Origin: Clostridiales bacterium
GTDB lineage: Bacteria; Bacillota; Clostridia; Christensenellales; UBA1750
Length of the DNA: 58,817 nucleotides
NCBI GenBank assembly: GCA_015056005.1
Contig: SVHB01000004.1
Location: 1 to 58,817, forward strand
Reading direction: 5' to 3'
Both the position numbers and the translations under genes were made by a program. Under the pieces are notes generated by a model. It made no database searches and was not told the DNA's origin. It was given only the letters and a program-made list of their open reading frames with translations. Positions 28,112-37,322 of this stretch are shown in pieces; position 1 is the first letter of the stretch, and each line of letters begins with the position of its first letter.

Positions 28112-29440
28112 ATGAACGTTAAGCAGGAAATCGTAGCGGCCAACCGTGTCAAACTGACCATAGAGATCAGCAGCGAAGAATTTGCCGCATCAATGGCTGT
28201 AGCATATAAGAAGATGGTCGGCCAGATCTCCATCCCCGGCTTCCGCAAGGGCAAGGCTCCCCGCAAGGTTATCGAAAATTACTACGGCGAAGGTGTTTTC
28301 TACGAAGAAGCCTTCAACGATTGCTTCCCCAAGGCATATGAAAAGGCTATCGAGCAGGAAGGCCTGTTCCCCGTTGAGCAGCCCGAGATCGACGTGCTTG
28401 AGATCGGCACCGGCAAGACCTGCGTTTTCACCGCAGAATTCTTTGTAAAGCCTGAAGTCACCCTTGGCGAGTATAAGGGCGTTGAAGTTGAAAAGCACGA
28501 GCATCCCGTGACCGACGAGATGGTCGAGACTCAGATCAATGCCGACCGTGAGCGCACCTCCCGCTGGGTAGACGTTGAGCGCGCCTGCAAGATGGGCGAC
28601 AGAGTCACCATCGACTATTCCGGCAGCGTCGACGGCGTTAAGTTCGAAGGCGGCACCGCTGAGAACGCTCCCCTCGAGCTTGGCAGCGGCACCTTCATCC
28701 CCGGCTTTGAAGAGCAGGTAGACGGCCTTGAGATCGGCGGCGAAAGGGATATCACCGTTACCTTCCCCGAGGAATATCATTCCGAGGATCTGGCAGGCAA
28801 GGAAGCCGTATTCCACATCGTTCTTCACGGCGTACAGGAGAAGGAGCTCTCCGAGCTGGATGACGAGTTCGCAAAGGACGTTTCCGAGTTCGATACTTTC
28901 GAAGCTTATAAGAACGATATCCGCGAAAAGCTTGAGAAGCAGGCTGCCCAGCACACCGACGATCTGTTCACCAACGCTGTTGTCGATAAGGTAAGCCACA
29001 ATGCCACCATCGAGATCCCCGCTCCCATGATCGAGCGCGAGATCGACAACATGGTTCGCGATATGGAAATGCGCATGATGTATCAGGGCATCCGCATGGA
29101 AGATTACTTCAAGTTCACCGGCATGACCGAGGAGACCCTGCGCGGTCAGTATCGTGAGACCGCCGAGCTCAGAGTCCGCGGCGAGCTGGTTCTTGAAGCC
29201 ATCCGCAAGGCAGAAGGCATTGAGGCCGATCAGGCAGATGTTGACGCTCTTGTTGCCAAGTACGCAGAGCAGTCCGGTATCGAAGCCGAGAAGTTCACCG
29301 AAAGGTTCACCGATTCCGATTGGGACTACATCAAGACCGATGCAGCCACCCAGAAGACCATCGATTTCCTCAAGGCAAACGCCGTAGCTGTTGAGCCCAA
29401 GGTTGAGGAAGTAAAAGAAGAAGAGGAGAAGGCTGAATAA
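28112..29440 (+). CDS. tig: trigger factor
   Basis: 442 aa. The GFRKGKAP ribosome-binding signature and a PPIase domain. Lies upstream of clpP-clpX. Confidence 0.95.
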   Translation: MNVKQEIVAANRVKLTIEISSEEFAASMAVAYKKMVGQISIPGFRKGKAPRKVIENYYGEGVFYEEAFNDCFPKAYEKAIEQEGLFPVEQPEIDVLEIGTGKTCVFTAEFFVKPEVTLGEYKGVEVEKHEHPVTDEMVETQINADRERTSRWVDVERACKMGDRVTIDYSGSVDGVKFEGGTAENAPLELGSGTFIPGFEEQVDGLEIGGERDITVTFPEEYHSEDLAGKEAVFHIVLHGVQEKELSELDDEFAKDVSEFDTFEAYKNDIREKLEKQAAQHTDDLFTNAVVDKVSHNATIEIPAPMIEREIDNMVRDMEMRMMYQGIRMEDYFKFTGMTEETLRGQYRETAELRVRGELVLEAIRKAEGIEADQADVDALVAKYAEQSGIEAEKFTERFTDSDWDYIKTDAATQKTIDFLKANAVAVEPKVEEVKEEEEKAE

Positions 29441-29505
29441 TCAGCCTTCTTTCCCACATAATATCTTATGCGGACAAAACCGCATCCGAAAGGAGCTGTA
29501 AACAG

Positions 29506-30090
29506 ATGAGTTTAGTACCAGTAGTCGTTGAGCAGACCAACCGAGGCGAGCGCTCTTATGACATTTATTCAAGGCTTTTAAAGGACCGTATCATTTTCCT
29601 CTCCGGCGAGATCGACGACAATACCGCAAATCTCGTCGTAGCGCAGATGCTCTTTTTGGAGATGGAAAACCCCGATCTTGATATAAACCTTTATATCAAC
29701 TCCCCGGGCGGTTCCGTCACTGCCGGCATGGCAATATACGACACCATGCAGTATATCAAATGCCCCACCGCCACCCTGTGCGTAGGCATGGCAGCCTCCA
29801 TGGGCGCTTTCCTGCTTGCAGCGGGCGCAAAGGGCAAGCGCAGGGCGCTTCCCAACAGCGAGATCATGATCCATCAGCCCTCCGCCGGCACCTCCGGCAA
29901 GGTCACCGATATGCAGATCTATCTCGATCAGTTCCAGCGCATCAAGACCAATATGAATACCATTTTGGCTGAGCGCACCGGAAAGACCGTTGAGGAAGTC
30001 AAAAACGCCACCGAGCGCGATAATTTCATGGACGCCAAGCAGGCTCTGGATTTCGGCATCGTCGATGAGATCGTTGCCCCCAGAAGATAA
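29506..30090 (+). CDS. clpP: ATP-dependent Clp protease proteolytic subunit
   Basis: 194 aa. Catalytic Ser (GMAASMGA) and His (IMIHQP) contexts. Confidence 0.97.
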   Translation: MSLVPVVVEQTNRGERSYDIYSRLLKDRIIFLSGEIDDNTANLVVAQMLFLEMENPDLDINLYINSPGGSVTAGMAIYDTMQYIKCPTATLCVGMAASMGAFLLAAGAKGKRRALPNSEIMIHQPSAGTSGKVTDMQIYLDQFQRIKTNMNTILAERTGKTVEEVKNATERDNFMDAKQALDFGIVDEIVAPRR

Positions 30091-30132
30091 ATTCGGCAGT
30101 CGTATAAATCTCAATCCGCGAAAGGATAAATA

Positions 30133-31398
30133 ATGACCAAATTCGAGGACAATAAAAAGCAGCTCAAATGCTCTTTCTGCGGCAAAACGCAGGATCAGGT
30201 GGGCAAGCTCATAGCCGGCCCCGGCGTGTGCATCTGCGACGAATGCGTGGAGCTCTGCCGTGATATCATCATGGAAGACACCGCTTCTCCGGAAAAGCCC
30301 CAGCTCGATACTCTGCCCAAGCCCAAAGAGCTCAAAGAGAAGCTTGACCAATACGTTATCGGACAGGACGAGGCAAAGCGCGCGCTGTGCGTGGCGGTTT
30401 ATAACCACTACAAGCGCATCTATACCCCTTCTTCCAAGGACGATATTGAAATAACCAAGAGCAATATACTCATGCTGGGCCCCACCGGCAGCGGTAAGAC
30501 TTATCTTGCCCAGACCCTTGCCAAGATACTCAACGTGCCCTTTGCCATCGGCGACGCCACCGCGCTCACCGAGGCGGGCTATGTCGGCGAAGATGTCGAG
30601 AACATCCTCTTAAAGCTCATTCAGGCTGCCGATTACGATATCGAAAAGGCGCAGAGGGGCATCATCTATATCGACGAGGTTGACAAGATCGCAAGAAAGA
30701 GCGAGAATATGTCCATCACCAGAGACGTTTCCGGTGAAGGCGTTCAGCAGGCTCTTTTGAAGATCCTTGAAGGCACCGTCGCCGCCGTTCCTCCTCAGGG
30801 CGGCAGGAAGCATCCCCAGCAGGAGTTCATCCATATCGATACCACCAACATCCTGTTCATCTGCGGCGGCGCTTTTGCCGCGATCGACGGCATCATCGAA
30901 AGCCGCATCGGCAAAAAGCTCATGGGCTTCGGCGCCGAGATCAAGACCAGAGAGGAAAAGGACGTGGGCGAGATCCTGCGCCAGATCCAGGCGGAAGACC
31001 TTTTGAAGTTCGGTCTTATCCCCGAATTCGTAGGCCGTCTGCCCGTGGTCGTGACCTTAAACCAGCTGGACGAGACCGCGCTTGTGAACATCCTCACTCA
31101 GCCCAAGAACGCTCTTTGCAAGCAGTATCAGAAACTGTTTGAGCTGGACGGCGTGGAGCTTTCCTTCACCGACGAAGCGCTTTCCTATATTGCCCGCACC
31201 GCCATTGAGCGCAAGAGCGGCGCAAGAGGTTTAAGAAGCGTTATCGAAGGCATCCTGACCGACATCATGTACGACATCCCTTCAAGGGAAGACGTAAAGA
31301 AGGTCGTAATCACCGAAGCCGCAGCCAGGAAAGCCGCAGCGCCCGTGCTCGAGCTGCTTGATGCAAACATGATCGAGAGCGGCGAAGCAGGAATGTAA
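30133..31398 (+). CDS. clpX: ATP-dependent Clp protease ATP-binding subunit ClpX
   Basis: N-terminal C4 zinc finger (CSFCGK...CICDEC). Walker A GPTGSGKT. Confidence 0.97.
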   Translation: MTKFEDNKKQLKCSFCGKTQDQVGKLIAGPGVCICDECVELCRDIIMEDTASPEKPQLDTLPKPKELKEKLDQYVIGQDEAKRALCVAVYNHYKRIYTPSSKDDIEITKSNILMLGPTGSGKTYLAQTLAKILNVPFAIGDATALTEAGYVGEDVENILLKLIQAADYDIEKAQRGIIYIDEVDKIARKSENMSITRDVSGEGVQQALLKILEGTVAAVPPQGGRKHPQQEFIHIDTTNILFICGGAFAAIDGIIESRIGKKLMGFGAEIKTREEKDVGEILRQIQAEDLLKFGLIPEFVGRLPVVVTLNQLDETALVNILTQPKNALCKQYQKLFELDGVELSFTDEALSYIARTAIERKSGARGLRSVIEGILTDIMYDIPSREDVKKVVITEAAARKAAAPVLELLDANMIESGEAGM

Positions 31399-31409
31399 AA
31401 CCATAAACG

Positions 31410-31445
31410 ATCCCCGTATCATGCGATGCGGGGATTTTTTGTTTT
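31410..31445 (+). terminator. rho-independent terminator after clpX
   Basis: ATCCCCG / CGGGGAT stem followed by TTTTTTG. Confidence 0.8.
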
Positions 31446-31520
31446 GTTTATAAAAATATGCAGCGTTTTTGAAACATAAGCGGATATATTTGCGTCTAAC
31501 CGATATAAACACAAAATCGG

Positions 31521-32195
31521 GTGATACAAGTGAAAAAGCTGCTTTTGTTTGTTTTTGCGCTGATGCTTTTGGTCGGATGCCAAAAAGGCCCCGTGATCGA
31601 TGAAAGATCATACGAGAAAAGAGAGGATGCGGTCGACATATCCTTCAGTGAGGGGTATTCTTCGATGGCCCTGAGCCTGCCGGACACATGGGAGAGCGAG
31701 GAGTTTTCCTTTGAGCATATGTTGGGGCTTATTTTATCGCCCAAAGACGACCCCGATTTTTCCGTGCGTCTGGAATTTCACAAAAGAGGGCTCGGGATAT
31801 GCGGCACGGGGGTGACCTTTACCGATATCGAGTTTGAAAACGGACTGTCGGCGACCGAGTGCAGGGAGACCATCGGCAATAAGCTGAGCCTGCTCTATAT
31901 CTTTCACGACCTCGCAGGCGATTATGCTATGAGCATTTCGGCGCCCAAAGCCGATATCGAAAAATTCAGGGATGATATTTCCTATATCGTGTCCTCGCTT
32001 AAGCTTGGCGGCGATATGATGAGCGGGAGCAAAGCCGCAGAGAAAGCAAAAAAATACTGCGATATCGATTACGACAGAACAAGAGCCGATTTTGACTATG
32101 AGACAGGAAATTGGTCCGTGATGTTTACAAATTCAAAGGACAGCTCCTTAAAGCAGGAAATAACGCTTGATAAGGACGGAAAACTTATTGACTGA
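31521..32195 (+). CDS. hypothetical lipoprotein
   Basis: Signal peptide with lipobox LLLFVFALMLLVGCQ. GTG start at 31521, or GTG at 31530. Confidence 0.6.
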   Translation: MIQVKKLLLFVFALMLLVGCQKGPVIDERSYEKREDAVDISFSEGYSSMALSLPDTWESEEFSFEHMLGLILSPKDDPDFSVRLEFHKRGLGICGTGVTFTDIEFENGLSATECRETIGNKLSLLYIFHDLAGDYAMSISAPKADIEKFRDDISYIVSSLKLGGDMMSGSKAAEKAKKYCDIDYDRTRADFDYETGNWSVMFTNSKDSSLKQEITLDKDGKLID

Positions 32196-32225
32196 AAGCG
32201 GCAGTGAGCCGCTTTTTTATTTTTT
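32196..32225 (+). terminator. rho-independent terminator
   Basis: AAGCGGC-AGTGA-GCCGCTT followed by TTTTATTTTTT. Confidence 0.8.
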
Positions 32226-32273
32226 GACCTCTGTTCGCCTTTTCAAATTCCGCTGATATGATATAATTTAAGC

Positions 32274-33503
32274 ATGAATAAAAAACTGGCGGATAATATG
32301 ATAAACATTACGATAGATCAGGCGAGAAGATTTATCCTCCTGCGCCATGGGCTTTTGGATAAGCATATCTATGAGGGAAAGGCAGGCGCGCTTGAGTTTA
32401 TAAAAAGCTGCGGCTGCATCCAGTTTGATCCCGTGGATGCCTGCGGAAAAAACGCGGAGCTTACCCTGTTTTCAAGGGTGCGGGGCGCAAAAAAGCAAAT
32501 TCTTTACGATCTGCTTTATAAGGACAGGCTGCTTTTGGATTACCCCGATAAACAGCTTGCCATCATCCCCACGGATGACTTTCCCTGTTTTGAGCGATAT
32601 CGAAAGCTGTCTGAACGCGGATATGAAGAGTTTGAAGGGTTAAGGGAGCTTTGCGATAAAGCGAAGGAATATATCGATAAAAACGGGCCCGTTTCTTCGG
32701 ATACCCTGCCTTTGGAGGGCACGATCTTCTGGCATTCCTTCATCCATTGGAGCGGAAACTGGCATAAGGAATCAAACGCCGCAAGAAGCGTCCTTGAGCA
32801 GATGTATGCTTCGGGCGAGCTCATTATCCATCACAAGGAAGGCACGAGAAAGTTCTACGATATAGCTAAAAAGCATATCGCAAAGGATATCCTTTTGGCT
32901 CCCGACCCCATAAAAGACGATTACGAGCACAAAAAATGGCGTGTGGAGCGCAGGATCGGCGCTGTGGGGCTTTTGTGGAACCGCCCGTCGGACGCGTGGC
33001 TGAACATCCCGGAGCTTGATAACGAGACAAGGAAAAGGATATTTGAGGAATTACAGGCCAAGGGCCGCATAATCCCCGTGAGCGTTGAGGGCATTCGCGG
33101 TGAAATGTATATAAGGCAAAGGGATATAGAACTGCTTGAAAAGGCGATGAGCGATGAGAGTTTTAAGCCAAGGTGCGAGTTCATAGCTCCCCTTGATCCC
33201 ATGATGTGGGACAGAAAGCTTATCAAAGCGATATTCGGCTTTGAATACTCGTGGGAGATATACACACCGGCGGAAAAAAGGAAATACGGCTATTATGTGC
33301 TTCCCGTGGTCTTTGGAGAACGCTTTATCGGGCGCATAGAAGCCGTTGCGGACAGAAAAACGGATACTCTTGTTGTCAAAAATTTCTGGTATGAACAAGA
33401 TGTGCGGCGCAGTAAAAAGCTCTCGGGCGCGATCATGTCCACAGTAAAAAGGCTTCAAAAGTTTAACGGATCAAAGGAAATCAGCATGGAGTGTGAGATA
33501 TAA
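32274..33503 (+). CDS. winged-helix DNA glycosylase-like protein (YcaQ/AlkZ, HTH_42 family)
   Basis: 409 aa. C-terminal block FEYSWEIYTPAEKRKYGYYVLPVVFGERFIGRIE is typical of the family, recalled from memory. Confidence 0.7.
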   Translation: MNKKLADNMINITIDQARRFILLRHGLLDKHIYEGKAGALEFIKSCGCIQFDPVDACGKNAELTLFSRVRGAKKQILYDLLYKDRLLLDYPDKQLAIIPTDDFPCFERYRKLSERGYEEFEGLRELCDKAKEYIDKNGPVSSDTLPLEGTIFWHSFIHWSGNWHKESNAARSVLEQMYASGELIIHHKEGTRKFYDIAKKHIAKDILLAPDPIKDDYEHKKWRVERRIGAVGLLWNRPSDAWLNIPELDNETRKRIFEELQAKGRIIPVSVEGIRGEMYIRQRDIELLEKAMSDESFKPRCEFIAPLDPMMWDRKLIKAIFGFEYSWEIYTPAEKRKYGYYVLPVVFGERFIGRIEAVADRKTDTLVVKNFWYEQDVRRSKKLSGAIMSTVKRLQKFNGSKEISMECEI

Positions 33504-34597
33504 TGGAGAGATTCAAATACCATTTTGAGCCCAAAAGCGGCTGGATGAACGACCCGAACGGTCTGGTGTTCTTCGGCGGCAAATATCACGCATTTTTCCA
33601 GCATAACCCCCACGACACCAAATGGGGTCCGATGCACTGGGGACATGCTGTGTCGGATGATCTTATCTGCTGGGAGGAGCTGCCCATCGCGCTCTATCCT
33701 GATATGCCCTACGAGAACAGCGGCGGCTGCTTTTCGGGCTCTGCGATAGAAAAGGACGGAAAGCTCTATCTTTTCTATACAAGCGTGTCCAAGGAGCTTG
33801 GTCAGACCCAGTCGATGGCGATAAGCGAAGACGGCGTAAACTTTACAAAATATGAGGGCAACCCCGTGATCAAAAACTCTCCCCTTGGTTCAAACGCAAA
33901 TTTCCGCGACCCAAAGGTGTTCAAGCGGGGCGAGGATTATTTTATGGTGACCGGCGCGGAAACCGACGGAATCGGAAGGGTGCTGCTTTTTACCTCGAAA
34001 GACCTTGTTTCATGGGATTTTGTTGCCCCTCATTATGAGACCGATGAATTTGGCGGAACCCTTGAATGCCCCGATATGTTCCCACTTGGCGATAAATGGG
34101 TGTTGATGTTCTCGGCGATGAAGCCGAAAAAATATTCCACGGTGTTTCTTATCGGCGATTTTGACGGAAAGACCTTTGTTCACGGGAACCCTGAGTATGT
34201 TGAAGCGGGGCTTGATTTCTACGCTCCCCAGACTCTGCTTTCAAAGGAAGGCAGGCGCATTATGATCGGCTGGTTCTATCATTGGGGCAAGACTCTTCCC
34301 ATGGGCGCAGATTCCGCAGGCGCGCTCACTCTCCCAAGGGAGCTTAGCCTTTCAGGCGATAAGCTAATCGCCAAACCGATAGCACAAGCGTGTGGATTGC
34401 TTGAAACGCAAAACGACCACGTAAACATCAGCGGCACTGAGATCAGAATCATAAACGGTGATGAAACGATAGAGCTGATAGATACAAGGGAAAACGGCAT
34501 AGAAAAAATAAGCAAAATCGATATACTCTTTGATAAAAAAGCGGTAGAAATATTTATAAACGGCGGCGAAATGAACATTTCGCGCTGGCTGATATAG
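33503..34597 (+). CDS. glycoside hydrolase family 32 (beta-fructofuranosidase / sucrose-6-phosphate hydrolase-like)
   Basis: WMNDPNG, FRDP and ECPDMF catalytic blocks. At 364 aa it is short for GH32. The start overlaps the previous stop (TAATG). Confidence 0.85.
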   Translation: MERFKYHFEPKSGWMNDPNGLVFFGGKYHAFFQHNPHDTKWGPMHWGHAVSDDLICWEELPIALYPDMPYENSGGCFSGSAIEKDGKLYLFYTSVSKELGQTQSMAISEDGVNFTKYEGNPVIKNSPLGSNANFRDPKVFKRGEDYFMVTGAETDGIGRVLLFTSKDLVSWDFVAPHYETDEFGGTLECPDMFPLGDKWVLMFSAMKPKKYSTVFLIGDFDGKTFVHGNPEYVEAGLDFYAPQTLLSKEGRRIMIGWFYHWGKTLPMGADSAGALTLPRELSLSGDKLIAKPIAQACGLLETQNDHVNISGTEIRIINGDETIELIDTRENGIEKISKIDILFDKKAVEIFINGGEMNISRWLI

Positions 34598-34609
34598 GAG
34601 GAAAGCAAC

Positions 34610-35485
34610 ATGAAGCAGATCAAGGTAGGAACCTGTATTCCCGGAACCAAAGCGATGGACTGGATCCCCCATATGCTTGATATCGGCTGTGAGACCGTGG
34701 GCATCAATTTCCACATGAGCCTTGGCGGAGTCGACTTAAAAGAGCTTGCGCCCAAGGTAGTGGGGCTTGTCGATGGCAGAGCAGAGGTCGGCAACCTCGG
34801 CTTCTACTGCAACGCGATCGAGAACGAGGACCACTTAAAGACCCTGCACGAGGTCATCGATATGGCTTCTGCGTTCAAAACAGGTGTTGTCTCGACCTTC
34901 GCAGGCGGCTATTCGGGAAAGAGCGTAGAGGACGCAATGCCCAAATTCAAGGAAGTATTTTCAGAGCTTGCAAAGCATGCTGAGGATCGCGGCGTAAAGC
35001 TCGCCATCGAAAACTGCCCGATGGGCGGCACGTGGAACAACATCACCTGCAATATCGGCTTTAATCCCGCTGCGTGGGAAATGATGTTCAACGAAGTAAA
35101 TTCCCCCGCTCTGGGCCTTGAATGGGAGCCCGCGCACCAGATGGCGCAGCTCATCGACCCAATAGCAAACCTTCGTCAGTGGGCGGATAAGATCGTCCAC
35201 ATCCACGGCAAGGACGCGACCGTCGATTGGGATGCAGTCAAGCGCTATGGCGTTATAGGTCAAAAGCCCTTTGCATATATGCGCATGCCCGGCTTCGGTG
35301 ATGTGAACTGGAGAGATGTCTTTTTCATCCTGCATCAGCATGGCTATGAGGGCGATGTCTGCATCGAAGGTTATCATGATCCCATTTATTCGGGCGATTG
35401 GGAAATGACCGCACAGAAGCACGCGGTGAATTACCTCAAATGGGCACGCGGCGGCGATTTCACCCCCAACCCCTGGGATAAATGA
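34610..35485 (+). CDS. sugar phosphate isomerase/epimerase (TIM barrel)
   Basis: 291 aa. Family-typical blocks (LAIENCP, HIHGKD). Confidence 0.75.
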   Translation: MKQIKVGTCIPGTKAMDWIPHMLDIGCETVGINFHMSLGGVDLKELAPKVVGLVDGRAEVGNLGFYCNAIENEDHLKTLHEVIDMASAFKTGVVSTFAGGYSGKSVEDAMPKFKEVFSELAKHAEDRGVKLAIENCPMGGTWNNITCNIGFNPAAWEMMFNEVNSPALGLEWEPAHQMAQLIDPIANLRQWADKIVHIHGKDATVDWDAVKRYGVIGQKPFAYMRMPGFGDVNWRDVFFILHQHGYEGDVCIEGYHDPIYSGDWEMTAQKHAVNYLKWARGGDFTPNPWDK

Positions 35486-36603
35486 TGGACAGGAACAGGT
35501 TTTATATCGGCACATACTGCCTTGCCGATTATGCAAGGGACGAGGCGCATATAAAGGATCTGAAGGACTGCGGCATAGATTTTATCGCCAATCTTCAAAA
35601 TGACAGGGAATGCCTTGATACTCTTGATAAATTCGGCGTAAAAGCAATGCTGGCGGGAGTGACCAAAAGGTTTGATGCGCCTTCTTATGAGCAGGAAAAG
35701 GCGCTGGATGAGTTTTGTGACCATCCGGCTGTGCTTGGTTTTGATATAGGCGATGAGCCCGGCGCGGGAGATTTTGCCGCCTATTCAAAGCTGGCCAAGA
35801 CGGTAAAACGAAAATGGCCCGAAAAATTGCCGTATCTCAACCTCTATCCCAGCTACGGTCAGCTGGCGTCGCTTTCCAAGGAAGAAGCCCTGCGCCAGCT
35901 GGGAACAAAGGATTTTTGTGAGTATATCGATAAGTTCACAAAAACCGTCGATACAGATTACATTTGCTATGACCACTACATGTATTCAAACGATGTGGAA
36001 ACGGCGATATCCGATCTTTATACCGTATCTAAAGCCTGCAAAAATACCGGAAGGGACATGTGGATAGTCCTTCAGGTCAATTCCCACGTGCCCGACAGGT
36101 GGATAAGCGAAAACCAGCTGCGCTTTCAGGCGGGCAGCGCGCTTTGCTTCGGCGCAAAGCTCATCACATGGGCGTGCTGGACAAAGGGCTGGTGGCATAA
36201 TCAGGTGCTGGACTCAAACGGCGAAAAAACGCGCCAGTACGAAAGGCTCAAAACGGTGAACCACGAGCTCAAAGCCGTGTCTGAAATTTTCATGCCCATG
36301 AAGCATATCGAAACGATAATGCTCAAAAAGGGCGGGAAAACGGATGTCGGAAAGTGTTTGGATCTTGCTGCCGATGCAGATATGATCGTGGGAAGGTTTT
36401 TATCCGATAAAAACGAAAGCCTTCTGATCTCCAACGCCTCAGACCCATGGGATAATGCCCCCGGTGTAAACACGCTGACCTTTTCTGTCGATCATCCTGT
36501 GCAGGTCTTTGTAAACGGCAAAAAAGTTGCGCCCTGTGTCTGCTGTTCAAAGTACAGCGTCGAGATACCCACCTGCGGGTTTGCTGTGGTCACAGGAGAA
36601 TAG
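35482..36603 (+). CDS. hypothetical TIM-barrel glycosidase-like protein
   Basis: 373 aa. The ATGA start overlaps the upstream stop. Weak GH-A-like features (GFDIGDEPG). The family is not identified. Confidence 0.5.
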   Translation: MMDRNRFYIGTYCLADYARDEAHIKDLKDCGIDFIANLQNDRECLDTLDKFGVKAMLAGVTKRFDAPSYEQEKALDEFCDHPAVLGFDIGDEPGAGDFAAYSKLAKTVKRKWPEKLPYLNLYPSYGQLASLSKEEALRQLGTKDFCEYIDKFTKTVDTDYICYDHYMYSNDVETAISDLYTVSKACKNTGRDMWIVLQVNSHVPDRWISENQLRFQAGSALCFGAKLITWACWTKGWWHNQVLDSNGEKTRQYERLKTVNHELKAVSEIFMPMKHIETIMLKKGGKTDVGKCLDLAADADMIVGRFLSDKNESLLISNASDPWDNAPGVNTLTFSVDHPVQVFVNGKKVAPCVCCSKYSVEIPTCGFAVVTGE

Positions 36604-36607
36604 GGCT

Positions 36608-36808
36608 ATGTACAGGCGTATACGTGAACTGCGTCAGGACAGCGATCTTACGCAAAACAAAATCGCGCAGATGCTGAATATGTCGCAGACCGGCTATTCA
36701 AAATATGAGACCGGCGAAAACGATATCCCTACCCAAGTGCTCATAAAGCTTGCGGATTTTTACAAAACTTCGGTGGATTATATCCTTGGTCGAACGAATA
36801 AGAAATAG
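36608..36808 (+). CDS. XRE-family helix-turn-helix transcriptional regulator
   Basis: 66 aa: MYRRIRELRQDSDLTQNKIAQMLNMSQTGYSKYETGENDIP. The ORF-track start at 36527 overlaps the previous gene, so I trimmed it. Confidence 0.8.
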   Translation: MYRRIRELRQDSDLTQNKIAQMLNMSQTGYSKYETGENDIPTQVLIKLADFYKTSVDYILGRTNKK

Positions 36809-36896
36809 AATGCGGAGGTATATTCGCGTTGCGGGTTCAATGAACCCAAATCCGTTCCCCAAGAACTAACTTAATTGAAAAAGAGACTTGATTTAG

Positions 36897-37065
36897 GTGA
36901 AATATCCTTTGGATGTGAAATAATGACCTGCGGTCATTGTGAAATTTGATGCTTTGCATCAAGTGAAATGAAATAAATCCGCTCACGCCCGCATGCATTT
37001 CACACGCCGCAGGCGTATTTCACGCACGAAGTGCATTTCACAAATCCCGCAAGGGATTTATTTCG
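36897..37065. repeat. solo array of six small hairpins separated by GTGAAAT (left half) or ATTTCAC (right half)
   Basis: 7-mers at 36897, 36915, 36939 and 36963 (GTGAAAT) and at 36997, 37017 and 37035 (ATTTCAC). Hairpins at 36904-36914, 36922-36938, 36946-36962, 37004-37016, 37024-37034 and 37042-37059. Confidence 0.85.
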
Positions 37066-37068
37066 TTG

Positions 37069-37112
37069 AAAAGAAAAACCTTTTGCCCGATGGACAAAAG
37101 GTTTTTCTTTTC
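37069..37112. terminator. bidirectional rho-independent terminator (tRNA-Asn and XRE transcripts)
   Basis: 15-bp stem AAGAAAAACCTTTTG / CAAAAGGTTTTTCTT (37071-37109), T-rich on both strands. Confidence 0.8.
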
Positions 37113-37187
<75 letters not shown>

Positions 37188-37233
37188 ATATTCTTTTCGA
37201 TCACCTTTGGCGAACCTTTTGGCGAACAACAAT

Positions 37234-37262
37234 AGTATACCCCAATTTTTTTGATTTGTAAA
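37234..37262 (-). promoter_or_regulatory. candidate promoter of tRNA-Asn
   Basis: Minus strand: TTTACA (37257-37262), 17-nt spacer, TATACT (37234-37239). Confidence 0.55.
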
Positions 37263-37283
37263 TACCTTTTTAAAAATTTGCGC

Positions 37284-37315
37284 AAAAAAATTGCGCCGAA
37301 AGCTTTTTCGGCGCA
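37284..37315 (-). terminator. rho-independent terminator of 37323..39341
   Basis: TGCGCCGAAA / TTTCGGCGCA stem. On the minus strand it is followed by TTTTTTT. Confidence 0.8.
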
Positions 37316-37322
37316 GCAGTGT

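Noticed and set aside
29441-29505. A CtsR operator upstream of clpP.
   Set aside because: There is no GGTCAAA-type direct repeat in the tig-clpP spacer.
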